Of a stretch of DNA of 64,000 nucleotides, positions 39,652-48,798 are shown one piece after another (position 1 is the stretch's first letter; the number at the start of each line of letters is the position of its first letter). The stretch lies in assembly GCA_964242225.1 (NCBI GenBank), contig CAXTAE010000001.1, positions 650,169-714,168 of the forward strand, written 5' to 3'. Both the position numbers and the translations under genes were made by a program. The stretch is from an uncultured Acidobacteriaceae bacterium. Lineage in GTDB: Bacteria; Acidobacteriota; Terriglobia; Terriglobales; Acidobacteriaceae. The notes below the pieces were generated by a model. The model was given only the letters and a program-made list of their open reading frames with translations, searched no databases and was not told where the DNA came from.

Positions 39652-39670
39652 ATCGCCGCTCTGAATAACG

Positions 39671-39731
39671 AGACCCCTGTTTTCGGTTGTAGCAGCTGAA
39701 ACCCAGCTTGCTTCCACCTCGACAGGGGTCT
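39671..39731. terminator. Long hairpin between convergent ferritin-like and ftsK genes
   Basis: agacccctgt (39671-39680) pairs with acaggggtct (39722-39731), enclosing an inner agcagctg/cagcttgct stem. Confidence 0.5.
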
Positions 39732-39765
39732 TGTTGTTGCGTTCACTCCGGAGTCAGGGCACCGC

Positions 39766-42759
39766 CTAGCGGATGGCCGCATCCACCTCGCTGAAGTAGC
39801 TGGGCGGCTTCAGCAGCTCGCGGGGTTTGGAGCCATCCGCTGGGCCAACCAGGCCATCGCGCTCCATCATGTCAATGAGGTGCGCGGCGCGGCCGTACCC
39901 GATACGCAGGCGACGCTGCAGGAGGCTCGTGGAGGCCTTGCCAAACTCGAAGACGAGCCGGACCGCGTCGTCGAACATGGCGTCGGCCTCCTCACCCTGG
40001 TTGGCGGAGCCGGAACCATCGTCGGCCTTCTCATCCTTAGGCCCTTCGAGGAAGCCTTCAACGTACTCGGCCTCACCCTGGGCCTTCCAGAAAGCGGTGA
40101 CGGCGGCGATCTCCTTCTCTGTGACGAATGGTGCGTGCACGCGTTGCAGGCGACTGGTGCCGGGCGGCAAAAACAGCATGTCGCCGCGGCCCAGCAGCGA
40201 TTCGGCGCCGTTGGTATCGATGATGGTGCGGGAATCGATCTTGGTAGCCAGTCGGAAGCTCATGCGGGTGGGCACATTGGCCTTGAGCAGACCGGTGATG
40301 ACGTCCACCGAAGGCCGCTGCGTGGCGAGCACAAGGTGGATGCCCACCGCGCGGGCCATCTGCGCGAGGCGGGTGATGGCCTCCTCGACGTTGGCGCGGT
40401 CGAGCATCATCAGGTCGGCGAGCTCGTCGATGACGATGATGATGTAGGGCAATGGCTCCTGGTTGACGTCCTCAAACAGGTACTCGGAGCCGTTAGCGAA
40501 CAGGCTGTTGAATTGGTCAATATTGCGAACGTGGTTGGCCGCAAGCAGCTTCAGCCGGCGTTCCATCTCGCGAACGGCGTTCTTCAACGCATTGGCGGCC
40601 AGTTTGGCTTCGGTGATGATGGGCGTGAAGAGGTGCGGGATCCCCTCATACATGCCCAATTCCACACGTTTGGGATCGACCAGGATCATGCGCACCTGCT
40701 CCGGCGTTGAGCGGAAAAGCACGCTCATAATCATGGCGTTGATGGCGACCGACTTACCCGAACCCGTGGAGCCGGCAATCAGCACATGGGGCATGCTGGC
40801 GAGATCGGCCGTGACAATACGCCCATCGATGTCCTTGCCTAGCGCAATGGGTAGCTTGGACTTGGTCGCGGCAAAGCCCTCGCTCTCCACGACGTCGCGC
40901 AGCCAAATGGTCTCGCGTTCCGTGTTGGGGACCTGGATGCCGACGGTGGATTTGCCGGCCATGCGCTCGATGAGGATCGACTCGGCAGCCATAGCCAGAC
41001 AAAGGTCGTCCGCAAGGCCGGTGACACGGCTGTACTTCACCCCGGCGTCGGGGCGGAACTCGAAGGTGGTGACGACCGGTCCGGGATTGATCTGTTCGAC
41101 ACGTCCGGCGACGCCGAACTCCGCACACTTTTCAACAAGAACCTGGGCTTCCGCTCGTAGGGCGTCTTCACGAACAATCGTTTGACCCTCGCTCTGGTTC
41201 AACAGCGTGGACGGCGGTAGCTTGTAGCCTTTGACGGACTTGGGCCGCAGCTCGATCTTCTCGATGTGCGCATCCGCACGGGCCCCGAAGGCGATGTTTT
41301 GTGCGCGGATGTCAGCTGTGGGCGACGGTAGGGGCGGCAGAGGCGCGGCTACGGTGCGTTGTTGAGGGAGCTTGGGCCGCTCGCACATGACAGGCGATGT
41401 GGGCACGGGCGGCAGGGGCGTGGGCTCCGGAAGCGGCGTGGGAGTAGGGAAGGGTGAGGGTGTCGGAAAGGGTGAGGGCTCCGGAACGGAAGGGGTGGCC
41501 GCGCGACGGACAAGCTGCGGACCCGCAACCGGCGCGGGCGACAGCTCTGGCGAACGGGTGCTAGCTCCGCGGCTCTCGCCGTCCTGGGCATCGCTGCCGC
41601 GTTGAAGGATGGGTGGGTAGGCCTGACGCTCGGGGGCGTCCAGCCAGCCGTCGTCCACGCCATCGGCGAACTCGATACGGCTGCCAATCGCTTCGGCGTT
41701 GCTGCTTTCCTGCCGCCCAGTCTGCTGCCGCCCACTCTGCTCCCCTCCAGTCTGCTCCCGTCCAGAAGCTGGCAGCGCCTCTGGCTCAAAGGACCGCTGC
41801 GGGGCCGCGGCGGCGGCCAGCTGCGCGGCGAAGGGTGCTGCCGCTGCCGCGGCGGCAGCGAGCCCGCTGAGTTGGAGCGCATCGACGTGGGTACGTGGCA
41901 TGCCCCCCCACACGGAACCCGCCTCGGCCTCCGGCGACAGGCTTTCAGAATGGCTTGGGTCGGGGCCGGTGACCCTGCGACGGGAGAACAGCCGCATCAA
42001 GCCAGACCAAAGAGAGTTTCGCTCTGCGCCTTCGGCTTTTTGGCCCATCTCGGGCACATGTGCGTCACTTGCAGCTTCACGGGCGGGGGTAGCGGGCAGG
42101 GAAGCCGGTTCGCGACGACTTTGCCACGATTCGTCCTGCTCGCGTTTGCGGTGCAGGTGGGCGAAGTGCCCGGCGAACCAGCGCGGCGCGCCTTCCAAAG
42201 CGAAGCTGGTGGTGAGGTACAGCGAGAGGGCTATGGCCACTCCCGTGAGAATGGCAGCGCCTGGTACGTTGATCAGGTGCACGAGGCTGTCGGCAAGAAT
42301 GCGACCCTCAATGCCGGCGAGCGGCACAGCTCCCTTGAAGTTGAATTGCCATGGCAGCAGGGCCACACCGGCCGGCGCGGCGATTAGCCAGAGGACGATG
42401 CCGGCCGACTTGATCACGCCAGCGCCCACCGCCCGCGATCGCAGCCAGGAGACGCCCACGCGGACCAGCGCCAAGGGGATCAGCACCACGGCGATGCCAA
42501 GCGTCTGCAAAGCCAGATCGGCAAAGTAAGCCCCGAGGAGACCGGTCCAGTTACGCGCCGGATGTGCAGCGTTCAGGCCCGCACTCACGGTGTCAAAGGA
42601 GGGATCGGCTGGATGGTAGGTGGCGAGGGAGAGGAGAAGCAGGCCGGCGACCGCGAGCACGGCAAGGCCGCACACCTCGTTCACCCGACGGCTGCGCGTA
42701 GGCGCATAGGCAAGACGTTGTGACTTCATAGATCGGGGCATGCGCAGGACCGAAGCCAC
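39766..42759 (-). CDS. ftsK: DNA translocase FtsK
   Basis: N-terminal TM domain, disordered linker, AGSTGSGKS Walker A, IVIDELADLM, ATQRPSVDVITG and gamma domain SLLQRRLRIGYGRAAHLID. Confidence 0.95.
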   Translation of the reverse strand: MASVLRMPRSMKSQRLAYAPTRSRRVNEVCGLAVLAVAGLLLLSLATYHPADPSFDTVSAGLNAAHPARNWTGLLGAYFADLALQTLGIAVVLIPLALVRVGVSWLRSRAVGAGVIKSAGIVLWLIAAPAGVALLPWQFNFKGAVPLAGIEGRILADSLVHLINVPGAAILTGVAIALSLYLTTSFALEGAPRWFAGHFAHLHRKREQDESWQSRREPASLPATPAREAASDAHVPEMGQKAEGAERNSLWSGLMRLFSRRRVTGPDPSHSESLSPEAEAGSVWGGMPRTHVDALQLSGLAAAAAAAAPFAAQLAAAAAPQRSFEPEALPASGREQTGGEQSGRQQTGRQESSNAEAIGSRIEFADGVDDGWLDAPERQAYPPILQRGSDAQDGESRGASTRSPELSPAPVAGPQLVRRAATPSVPEPSPFPTPSPFPTPTPLPEPTPLPPVPTSPVMCERPKLPQQRTVAAPLPPLPSPTADIRAQNIAFGARADAHIEKIELRPKSVKGYKLPPSTLLNQSEGQTIVREDALRAEAQVLVEKCAEFGVAGRVEQINPGPVVTTFEFRPDAGVKYSRVTGLADDLCLAMAAESILIERMAGKSTVGIQVPNTERETIWLRDVVESEGFAATKSKLPIALGKDIDGRIVTADLASMPHVLIAGSTGSGKSVAINAMIMSVLFRSTPEQVRMILVDPKRVELGMYEGIPHLFTPIITEAKLAANALKNAVREMERRLKLLAANHVRNIDQFNSLFANGSEYLFEDVNQEPLPYIIIVIDELADLMMLDRANVEEAITRLAQMARAVGIHLVLATQRPSVDVITGLLKANVPTRMSFRLATKIDSRTIIDTNGAESLLGRGDMLFLPPGTSRLQRVHAPFVTEKEIAAVTAFWKAQGEAEYVEGFLEGPKDEKADDGSGSANQGEEADAMFDDAVRLVFEFGKASTSLLQRRLRIGYGRAAHLIDMMERDGLVGPADGSKPRELLKPPSYFSEVDAAIR
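41398..41483 (-). repeat. Pro-Thr/Pro-Ser repeat in the FtsK linker
   Basis: Encodes PEPSPFPTPSPFPTPTPLPEPTPLPPVPT. Confidence 0.8.
41701..41765 (-). repeat. Imperfect 15-nt tandem repeat in the FtsK linker
   Basis: Units cccagtctgctgccg / cccactctgctcccc / tccagtctgctcccg encode GREQT-GGEQS-GRQQT-GRQES. Confidence 0.75.
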
Positions 42760-43122
42760 CTTACGAGCGAGGGGCGACGGGCGAGACGATTCGCAACAAC
42801 CAGAGCATCCTTATTCTTTCACGAGGCAGGGGCTCGCTCGCAGGCAACCTGGCTTGTACGGCGCGCGCGGAACCAGATTGGTGACGGCAAACTCGCCAGA
42901 GGAAACGAAGAAGGTTACGAAAGAGGTGGGCAAACGCTTGGGGGGCATTCGCATCCGTAATGGGGTAATGTCTTCGCGACGGACGCGAGGCAAAGATGCG
43001 GTGCCGGGGGCGGGGGATTTTCGCGATTTCTCTCCCTTGCAATGGGCGAAGGAGAATCGCCGTCAGCCTGTTGACCCCGCGCATCGCTACAGAACCAGTT
43101 TCGAGGAAGGTTGGGTAGCAGG

Positions 43123-43599
43123 ATGGCAAATGAATTAGACGGGTCGGCACGGAACAAGGAAACTGAGAGCGTGCTGCTGGACGTGATCAAAGTGCTGGTC
43201 GACGGCCAAAAGGGATTCGCCGATATCGGCGAACATCTCAAGGACGAGATTCTCAAGCGGTACTTCCTCGCCGAAAGCCTGAAGCGCGCAAACTTCCGCG
43301 CAGAGTTGGAGAACGAGTTGCATCGCGCCGGCATGGCCGATGTGAAGGAGTCAGGCACAACCGGAGGTACCGTTCACCGCGTCTGGGGCGACCTGAAAGC
43401 GAAGCTCGGCATGGGGAGCGATCACGAGTTGCTAGCCACCTCAGAGCAGGGCGAGGACGTTGCAAAGGACGCCTATAAGAAGGCGCTGGAGAAGGAGCTG
43501 CCGCTTCCCATCCGGCAGCTTCTGACAGAGCAGCAGGCACACGTCAACACCTCGCACGACTATGTGCGCAACCATCGTGACGCACTCGCGGCAAAATAG
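43123..43599 (+). CDS. PA2169-family four-helix-bundle (DUF2383) protein
   Basis: DGQKGF, GTVHRVWGDLK, EQGEDVAKDAYKKAL and QQAHVNTSHDYVR motifs. Confidence 0.85.
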   Translation: MANELDGSARNKETESVLLDVIKVLVDGQKGFADIGEHLKDEILKRYFLAESLKRANFRAELENELHRAGMADVKESGTTGGTVHRVWGDLKAKLGMGSDHELLATSEQGEDVAKDAYKKALEKELPLPIRQLLTEQQAHVNTSHDYVRNHRDALAAK

Positions 43600-43612
43600 G
43601 CGAGCATGAACG

Positions 43613-44059
43613 ATGGTGCAGGTGAGGGGCGGCTTCGGCCGCCTCTTTCGTTTCAGTACAGCGACAGGAAGGACACCGATGCGGGCCGTACGAACAGCGA
43701 TGGGCGCGCTGTACCTCGTGGCCGGCGTTGGGCACTTCTTGCTAACGAAGACGTACATGGGCATCATGCCGGACTACCTGCCGGCGCACCGTGAGTTGGT
43801 TCTAATCTCCGGCGCTGCGGAGATGGCCGGTGGTTTCGGGGTACTGCTGCCTAAGACTCGGCGCGCGGCAGCCTGGGGCCTTGTGCTTCTGCTGGTCGCC
43901 GTCATGCCGGCCAACCTGTGGATGGTGCAGCACCCGGAACGTTACCCCGGGGTACCGCACTGGATACTCTGGGTGCGCCTGCCGTTACAGCTACCGCTGA
44001 TCTGGTGGGCTTGGCTTTACACCCGCAAGCCAGGCACCCTCCACGCTACGAGCGAGTAA
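43613..44059 (+). CDS. DoxX-family membrane protein
   Basis: AGVGHF, SGAAEMAGG, VMPANLWM and RLPLQLPLIWWAW motifs. Start could be 43679. Confidence 0.8.
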   Translation: MVQVRGGFGRLFRFSTATGRTPMRAVRTAMGALYLVAGVGHFLLTKTYMGIMPDYLPAHRELVLISGAAEMAGGFGVLLPKTRRAAAWGLVLLLVAVMPANLWMVQHPERYPGVPHWILWVRLPLQLPLIWWAWLYTRKPGTLHATSE

Positions 44060-44086
44060 CGGAGAAGGTGCCTACTCCGCGCCGGT

Positions 44087-44995
44087 TCAGTACCCGACGT
44101 GGTGCAGGTACAAAATCCCGCAACTTGCAACCAGGCAGTAGATGCCGAAGAGCCACCAGCGTCCGCTCTCCAGCCACGCGCTAAGCCAGCGCAGTGCCAG
44201 GATGCCGGCGAAAAAGCTGAGCACCATGCCAATAAGCGAGAAAGCGATGCTGTCATGCAAGTTGACCGGCACACCGGTCGCCGCGGCGGCGTGGGAGGCC
44301 TTGACGACGCGCAGGGCTTCGCGGGCGATGGCGGCCGGGGTCAGGATGACGGCGAGGGCGAAGGAGAAGCGCTCGGCGCGCTCGCGGGTGGCACCGGCAA
44401 GCAGGCCTACGGAGATGGTGGAGCCAGAGCGTGAGAAGCCCCGGAAGGGCAGAGCGAGCCCCTGGACAGCGCCCATCCACCCAGCCTGACCGAAGGTGAC
44501 GTTCTCGCCGGAGCGTGAGGCGGCGCGTTCATAGGCGCTGCGACTGGCGAGCTCCTCGCGGCCACGTTCCCGCAACCCGGCGATCAGGATCAGCAGTCCG
44601 GCGGCGAAAAGCGCGTAACCGACGAGGTCAAGGCGGGAGAACAGCAGCTCGATCTCGGCTTTGGGTGCACCTTTGAAGGCGGTCTTCTGGATCACCGCGA
44701 TGATCGGATAGCCGATAAGCGCGGTCAGGACTGAAGCCCAGACTGCGCGGATGGCGAAGCGCTTGAACGCGTCCGTCGTGGAGAAGTAGGCACGTTTCCA
44801 CTGGTTCCAGAAGTACACGATCACCGCAAACATGGTGCCCGTGTGCAGCATGACGAGAATCAACGTCATCTGCGGCGAAGATGGGTCGAGGCCCATCAGC
44901 TTCTCGGCAACCACGACGTGGGCGGAGCTGGAGACAGGCAGAAGTTCGGCGAGGCCTTGGACAATGGCCAGGATCAGGACTTTGAGCAGGGGCAT
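44087..44995 (-). CDS. uppP: Undecaprenyl-diphosphate phosphatase (BacA)
   Basis: IVQGLAELLPVSSSAH, HTGT and GFSRSGSTI motifs; multiple TM helices. Confidence 0.92.
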   Translation of the reverse strand: MPLLKVLILAIVQGLAELLPVSSSAHVVVAEKLMGLDPSSPQMTLILVMLHTGTMFAVIVYFWNQWKRAYFSTTDAFKRFAIRAVWASVLTALIGYPIIAVIQKTAFKGAPKAEIELLFSRLDLVGYALFAAGLLILIAGLRERGREELASRSAYERAASRSGENVTFGQAGWMGAVQGLALPFRGFSRSGSTISVGLLAGATRERAERFSFALAVILTPAAIAREALRVVKASHAAAATGVPVNLHDSIAFSLIGMVLSFFAGILALRWLSAWLESGRWWLFGIYCLVASCGILYLHHVGY

Positions 44996-45103
44996 ACAGG
45001 CCCGATTCTAGCCGCGATAGAAGCAAAGTGGACCGAAGGCGTGCGGATCGGATCCCATTTCGGAACCGCTAGGTGGTGAATACCCCACCGGTCACCAGTC
45101 ACG

Positions 45104-45448
45104 GTGACGAAGGAGCTCTATCTAGGTCTGCCACCGGGTGCAATGATGGCTCGCATGTTTGCTGCTGCGCAGAGAGCGATATCCACGGTGCCGGGCACCT
45201 TCACCCTGCCACCTGCTATGGGGACGAAGGGGCTTGAACCCGCCTCTTTGTGGCTTCCACACCGTCTGGCGAAGGTGGCCCTATTTCTGGCGCTGCTGTT
45301 GCTGGCTTCGTTATGGGCGATCTCGAACGTCCGCTACTGCGACCACCTCAGCGCAGCCGACCGAGCGCGATCGTCGTACACAAGCCCAATGGATCAGGTG
45401 TCACAACCAGTGCCAGCACGTTCCGAGCTGGCCTCCGCGCGGCGGTGA
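45104..45448 (+). CDS. Possible small membrane protein
   Basis: ORF with one strong hydrophobic segment (VALFLALLLLASLWAI); start uncertain. Confidence 0.4.
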   Translation: MTKELYLGLPPGAMMARMFAAAQRAISTVPGTFTLPPAMGTKGLEPASLWLPHRLAKVALFLALLLLASLWAISNVRYCDHLSAADRARSSYTSPMDQVSQPVPARSELASARR

Positions 45449-45537
45449 GATTGTGCGGAAGTGATCCTGCGCAGACCACACCACTCCCTTGTTATCGAGA
45501 CAACTGTTTGCCTGGGTGATTGCAGAGCTTGGCTTTT

Positions 45538-45613
45538 TGGAGCACCGGGTGGGGATCGAACCCACGAATACTGGTTTTGCAGACCAGCGCGTTAGCCACT
45601 TCGCCACCGGTGC
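45538..45613 (-). tRNA. tRNA-Cys(GCA)
   Basis: Minus strand GCACCGG...CTGGT-CTGCAAA-ACCAG...GTGGG-TTCGATC-CCCAC-CCGGTGC-T-CCA; 76 nt; U73 discriminator; CCA encoded. Confidence 0.97.
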
Positions 45614-45702
45614 TCATCGTGCTGCAACTGCGTCAGCGGGTCAGCAAGCGGGACTAAGTCGAGCTTAGACCGTCTGAAGAGTCACGCCTACGCTGCAGCC
45701 AA

Positions 45703-46359
45703 CTAGTGCGGCTGTGCCGTCGTTCGCAGATACGGCTTCACGGTTTTGTAGCCCGGGAAGATCCTCTCCGCTTCCTCGTTCGACACGGCGCCGGTGATGA
45801 TCACATCGTCGCCCTGCTTCCAATTGGCTGGCGTGGCCACCTTATGCTTCGCGGTGAGCTGCATCGAGTCCAGCACGCGCAGAACCTCGTCAAAGTTGCG
45901 CCCCGTAGTCATGGGATAGGCGAGGTGCAGCTTGATGCGCTTGTCCGGGCCGACGATGAAGACTGTGCGCACGGGCGCATTGAGCGCCGCGGTGCGCCCA
46001 CCCTCTACCTCTCCGGCATCGGCCGGCAGCATGTCATACAGCTTGGCAATCTTTAACTCGGGGTCGCCGATCATGGGGTAGTTAACGGCGAAGCCGCCCA
46101 CGTCCTCAATGTCCTTGGCCCATTTGGCGTGGCTCTCCACGGGGTCGAGCGAGAGGCCGATGACCTTGGCCCCGCGCGCAGCAAACTGCGACTCCAGGCT
46201 GGCCATCGCCCCGAGTTCCGTCGTGCAGACCGGGGTGAAGTCCTTCGGGTGCGAAAAGAGCACCGCCCAGCCGTCGCCGATCCATTCGTGGAAGTGAATG
46301 GTGCCTTGTGTGGTCTCTGCCGTGAAGTCCGGGGCAATGTCGTTGATGCGAAGTGACAT
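45703..46359 (-). CDS. 1-Cys peroxiredoxin (Prx6/LsfA-like)
   Basis: FSHPKDFTPVCTTE, GRNFDEVLRVLDSMQL and ATPANW motifs; only one Cys in 218 aa; aaagga RBS before ATG 46359. Confidence 0.93.
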   Translation of the reverse strand: MSLRINDIAPDFTAETTQGTIHFHEWIGDGWAVLFSHPKDFTPVCTTELGAMASLESQFAARGAKVIGLSLDPVESHAKWAKDIEDVGGFAVNYPMIGDPELKIAKLYDMLPADAGEVEGGRTAALNAPVRTVFIVGPDKRIKLHLAYPMTTGRNFDEVLRVLDSMQLTAKHKVATPANWKQGDDVIITGAVSNEEAERIFPGYKTVKPYLRTTAQPH

Positions 46360-46468
46360 CTGATCGTTTCCTTTTTGGGAGCCTTCAGCCCCCAAGGTAC
46401 AAGTCTGGAGCGTTGCCTGCAGTTTTAGATTCGGGCGGCGCCTCCGCGTTGCAGGGTGGTGGACAAGC

Positions 46469-46505
46469 AAAAAACCCACCCGGCGGCGGCGGCCTGGGTG
46501 GGTCT
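46469..46505 (-). terminator. Attenuator terminator upstream of the peroxiredoxin
   Basis: Minus strand AGACCCACCC-AGGCCGCCGCCGCC-GGGTGGGT-TTTTT: at least an 8-bp GC stem followed by a U-tract, 109 nt before the prx ATG. Confidence 0.85.
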
Positions 46506-46531
46506 GATTTGCGTTCTGACGTCTTTGTTTG

Positions 46532-46618
46532 CTACCGTCTCGTCGCGCTCATCCCGCACACCCAGGCCCGTACACAGCAACAGGAGCGGAGGGAGGTCGG
46601 GATCGAGAGCGAATGCAT
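46532..46618 (-). CDS. Cys-rich leader peptide MHSLSIPTSLRSCCCVRAWVCGMSATRR (putative cysteine attenuator leader)
   Basis: Hand-translated ATG(46618)...TAG(46532); tandem TGT TGC TGT at codons 13-15 and TGC at codon 21; ends 26 nt before the terminator. SD is weak (AGGA, 13-nt spacing). Confidence 0.75.
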   Translation of the reverse strand: MHSLSIPTSLRSCCCVRAWVCGMSATRR

Positions 46619-46844
46619 GGCGTGAGGTAAGTCCTGGATGGAACAGAATTTGCACCGCGGCCGACGCCTTGCATCGGCGCAGGGCCGGTTTGCCCCGCTG
46701 CGGTGATCCCAAGGTACGGACAGGCGGCTCTCCTGTCAACCCGCGCGAGCCTCACCCCCGCGAAGGCGGAGGGAGTCAGTTGAACGGGCCAGCTCAGCAT
46801 GGCGCGCCGCCGCGCCGCAGTGGCTAGCTGGGTAGACTCGATGC

Positions 46845-47753
46845 ATGAAAAGAGAGCTCCCGTACACGGTGCTGGATGTCTTCGCAGAACGTGCCCTTGA
46901 AGGCAATCCGCTGGCGGTCTTTCATGATGGCCGCGGCCTCACTGACGCCACGATGCAGGCCCTGGCGCGTGAAACCAATCTTTCCGAAACCACATTTGTC
47001 CTGCCGGCGGGCGATCCGGACGAGGATATTCGCGAGGGGGTCCGAGTGCGCATCTTCACCACGGAGGAGGAGCTTCCCTTCGCCGGCCACCCCACCCTGG
47101 GTACGGCGAGCTGGCTGCACCTGAACCACCCTGCGCTGCGGGGCGCGGAGACTGTGACGCTGCGGCTGAAGGTGGGACCCGTCCCCGTGCGGTTCGAGCG
47201 CTCCACGGATCCGGCGGCGGATGGAAGCGTCTACGGCACCATGCGGCAACCCGACCCGGTCTTCGGGGAAGATTTCTATCCCACCGAGGTCGCAGCCGTC
47301 CTCGGCATGCCGGAAGCCGCTCTGCTGCCGGGCTACAGGCCCCAGGCAGTCTCGACAGGCAATCCCTTCTGTATCGTCGCGCTGCGCTCCGTCGAGGCGC
47401 TCGGGGAGCTCGCGATCCCCCAGCGCGAGGCGATGCCGTGGCTGCGGGCGCGCGGCATCCGGTGGTTCTATTGCATTGCTCCGGACCCGGCAGTCCCTGA
47501 CGTCTGGCGCGCCCGCATGCAGTGGAGCCGCGGGGAAGACCCAGCTACGGGCTCCGCCGCGGGGCCGTGTATCGCCTGGCTGGTGCGAATGGGCCTGGCC
47601 GCGTCGGGAGCTCCCGTCACCCTCAACCAAGGCGTCGAAATCCTGCGCCCAAGCCGCTTGACGGTGCAGTCGACACTGACGGGCGAGACAGTCACTAACA
47701 CTTTTGTGGGAGGTCGCACCGTTCCTGTGGCATCGGGACGCTTCTTCCTCTGA
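46845..47753 (+). CDS. PhzF-family isomerase/epimerase
   Basis: DVFAERALEGNPLAV, NLSETTF, ELPFAGHPTLG and EDPATGSAAG motifs. Confidence 0.9.
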   Translation: MKRELPYTVLDVFAERALEGNPLAVFHDGRGLTDATMQALARETNLSETTFVLPAGDPDEDIREGVRVRIFTTEEELPFAGHPTLGTASWLHLNHPALRGAETVTLRLKVGPVPVRFERSTDPAADGSVYGTMRQPDPVFGEDFYPTEVAAVLGMPEAALLPGYRPQAVSTGNPFCIVALRSVEALGELAIPQREAMPWLRARGIRWFYCIAPDPAVPDVWRARMQWSRGEDPATGSAAGPCIAWLVRMGLAASGAPVTLNQGVEILRPSRLTVQSTLTGETVTNTFVGGRTVPVASGRFFL

Positions 47754-48256
47754 GGCTGAAATTGTTATGCACAGGGTGGGGAACCCGAAACGTCAATAAC
47801 ACCAACGGTTCCCATGAACCCGGTGGATCGGCGGACGACAAAAACGTGAATCTTCGCTTTTGTTTCGAGTTGCCGCAGGCGGTTCATTCTCCGTATGCTC
47901 AGGCAATCGCAACAGGGAACGTTACCTCTCATCCCTGCAAGATCCGTACCTGATTCGCTAAACATTTCAGGCAACTTCGGCGGACTCCTGCCCGTGTTCG
48001 ACCCCTTGCGCCCGCCATCCGGTGAGCAGCAGCGGTCCCCCGGGATGACCGCCCTACGTGTATCGGGTTGACTCCCGATATGCGAACGCCCCGCCACGTC
48101 TCTTGAGTTCTCCGGGGCTTGTTTCAGCATTTTGCTGGAACGTCGCTGCTGTGTCCTCCACGACGCAGAAGCCCCCGCTTGACCCTAATCTCCGGCATGC
48201 GTTTCCTCGCAGACCGAACCAGCACGCCGGACAGCCGGTAAGGAAGCCAAGACCCG

Positions 48257-48709
48257 ATGCGCCCTCGCAAGACGATTCTTTGTGTTGAAGATAACGAGCA
48301 AATTCTGTCCGTTCGCAAGTTCATGCTGGAGACCCGCGGTTACCGTGTGGTGGCGATGACGACCGCGACCGCGGCACTCGAATTCCTGGAAGGCGCGCTC
48401 CCTGGCAGCGTTGACCTCCTACTGGCCGACCTGGTCCTGCCCGGCATGGATGGCAATGAGCTGGTTCGGCGCGCGAAGAGTCTGCACCCGACGCTCCCGA
48501 CCATGCTGGTATCGGGAATGGTCTCCAACTTCGATCGTGCTGCGGCCGCCGATGTCTTTTTGCCCAAGGGTGCGTGCACCGCGGCCGAGATGCTCGACCG
48601 CATTCGCCTGCTCGTGGCGCGTAAGCGGGGGCCGAAGAAGCAGGTGCCGGCGGAACGGCCCGTCGAGCGCCCGGCGCTGGGGCCGCTGCAGGTAGCCTTG
48701 GCGCGGTAG
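48257..48709 (+). CDS. Stand-alone response regulator receiver protein
   Basis: ILCVEDNE, LLLADLVLPGMDG (phospho-Asp) and FLPKG; basic Pro-rich tail; no output domain. Confidence 0.88.
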   Translation: MRPRKTILCVEDNEQILSVRKFMLETRGYRVVAMTTATAALEFLEGALPGSVDLLLADLVLPGMDGNELVRRAKSLHPTLPTMLVSGMVSNFDRAAAADVFLPKGACTAAEMLDRIRLLVARKRGPKKQVPAERPVERPALGPLQVALAR

Positions 48710-48798
48710 ATCTCACCGGCAGCTGGGGCGGGGGGATGCGGCGGCGGAGGCCTTGTCCTAAGCGCCTGTCGCGCCCAGGGCGGCATCGTTGGAGGTCC

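Noticed and set aside
45000-45613. tRNA-Cys as an integration site for a genomic island
   Set aside because: No integrase in the window and no convincing duplication of the tRNA 3' end; a 10-nt match near 9709 is expected by chance.
46353-46827. Track ORFs overlapping the attenuator (46353-46625 +, 46425-46739 -, 46456-46827 +)
   Set aside because: No RBS or protein-like features; the 28-aa Cys leader plus terminator explains the region better.
46845-47753. Phenazine biosynthesis cluster
   Set aside because: Only a stand-alone PhzF-family gene is present; no phzA/B/D/E/G, and the trpE here is a standard trpE.
47765-47773. DnaA box as a sign of oriC
   Set aside because: Single box, no AT-rich unwinding element and no dnaA/dnaN context.
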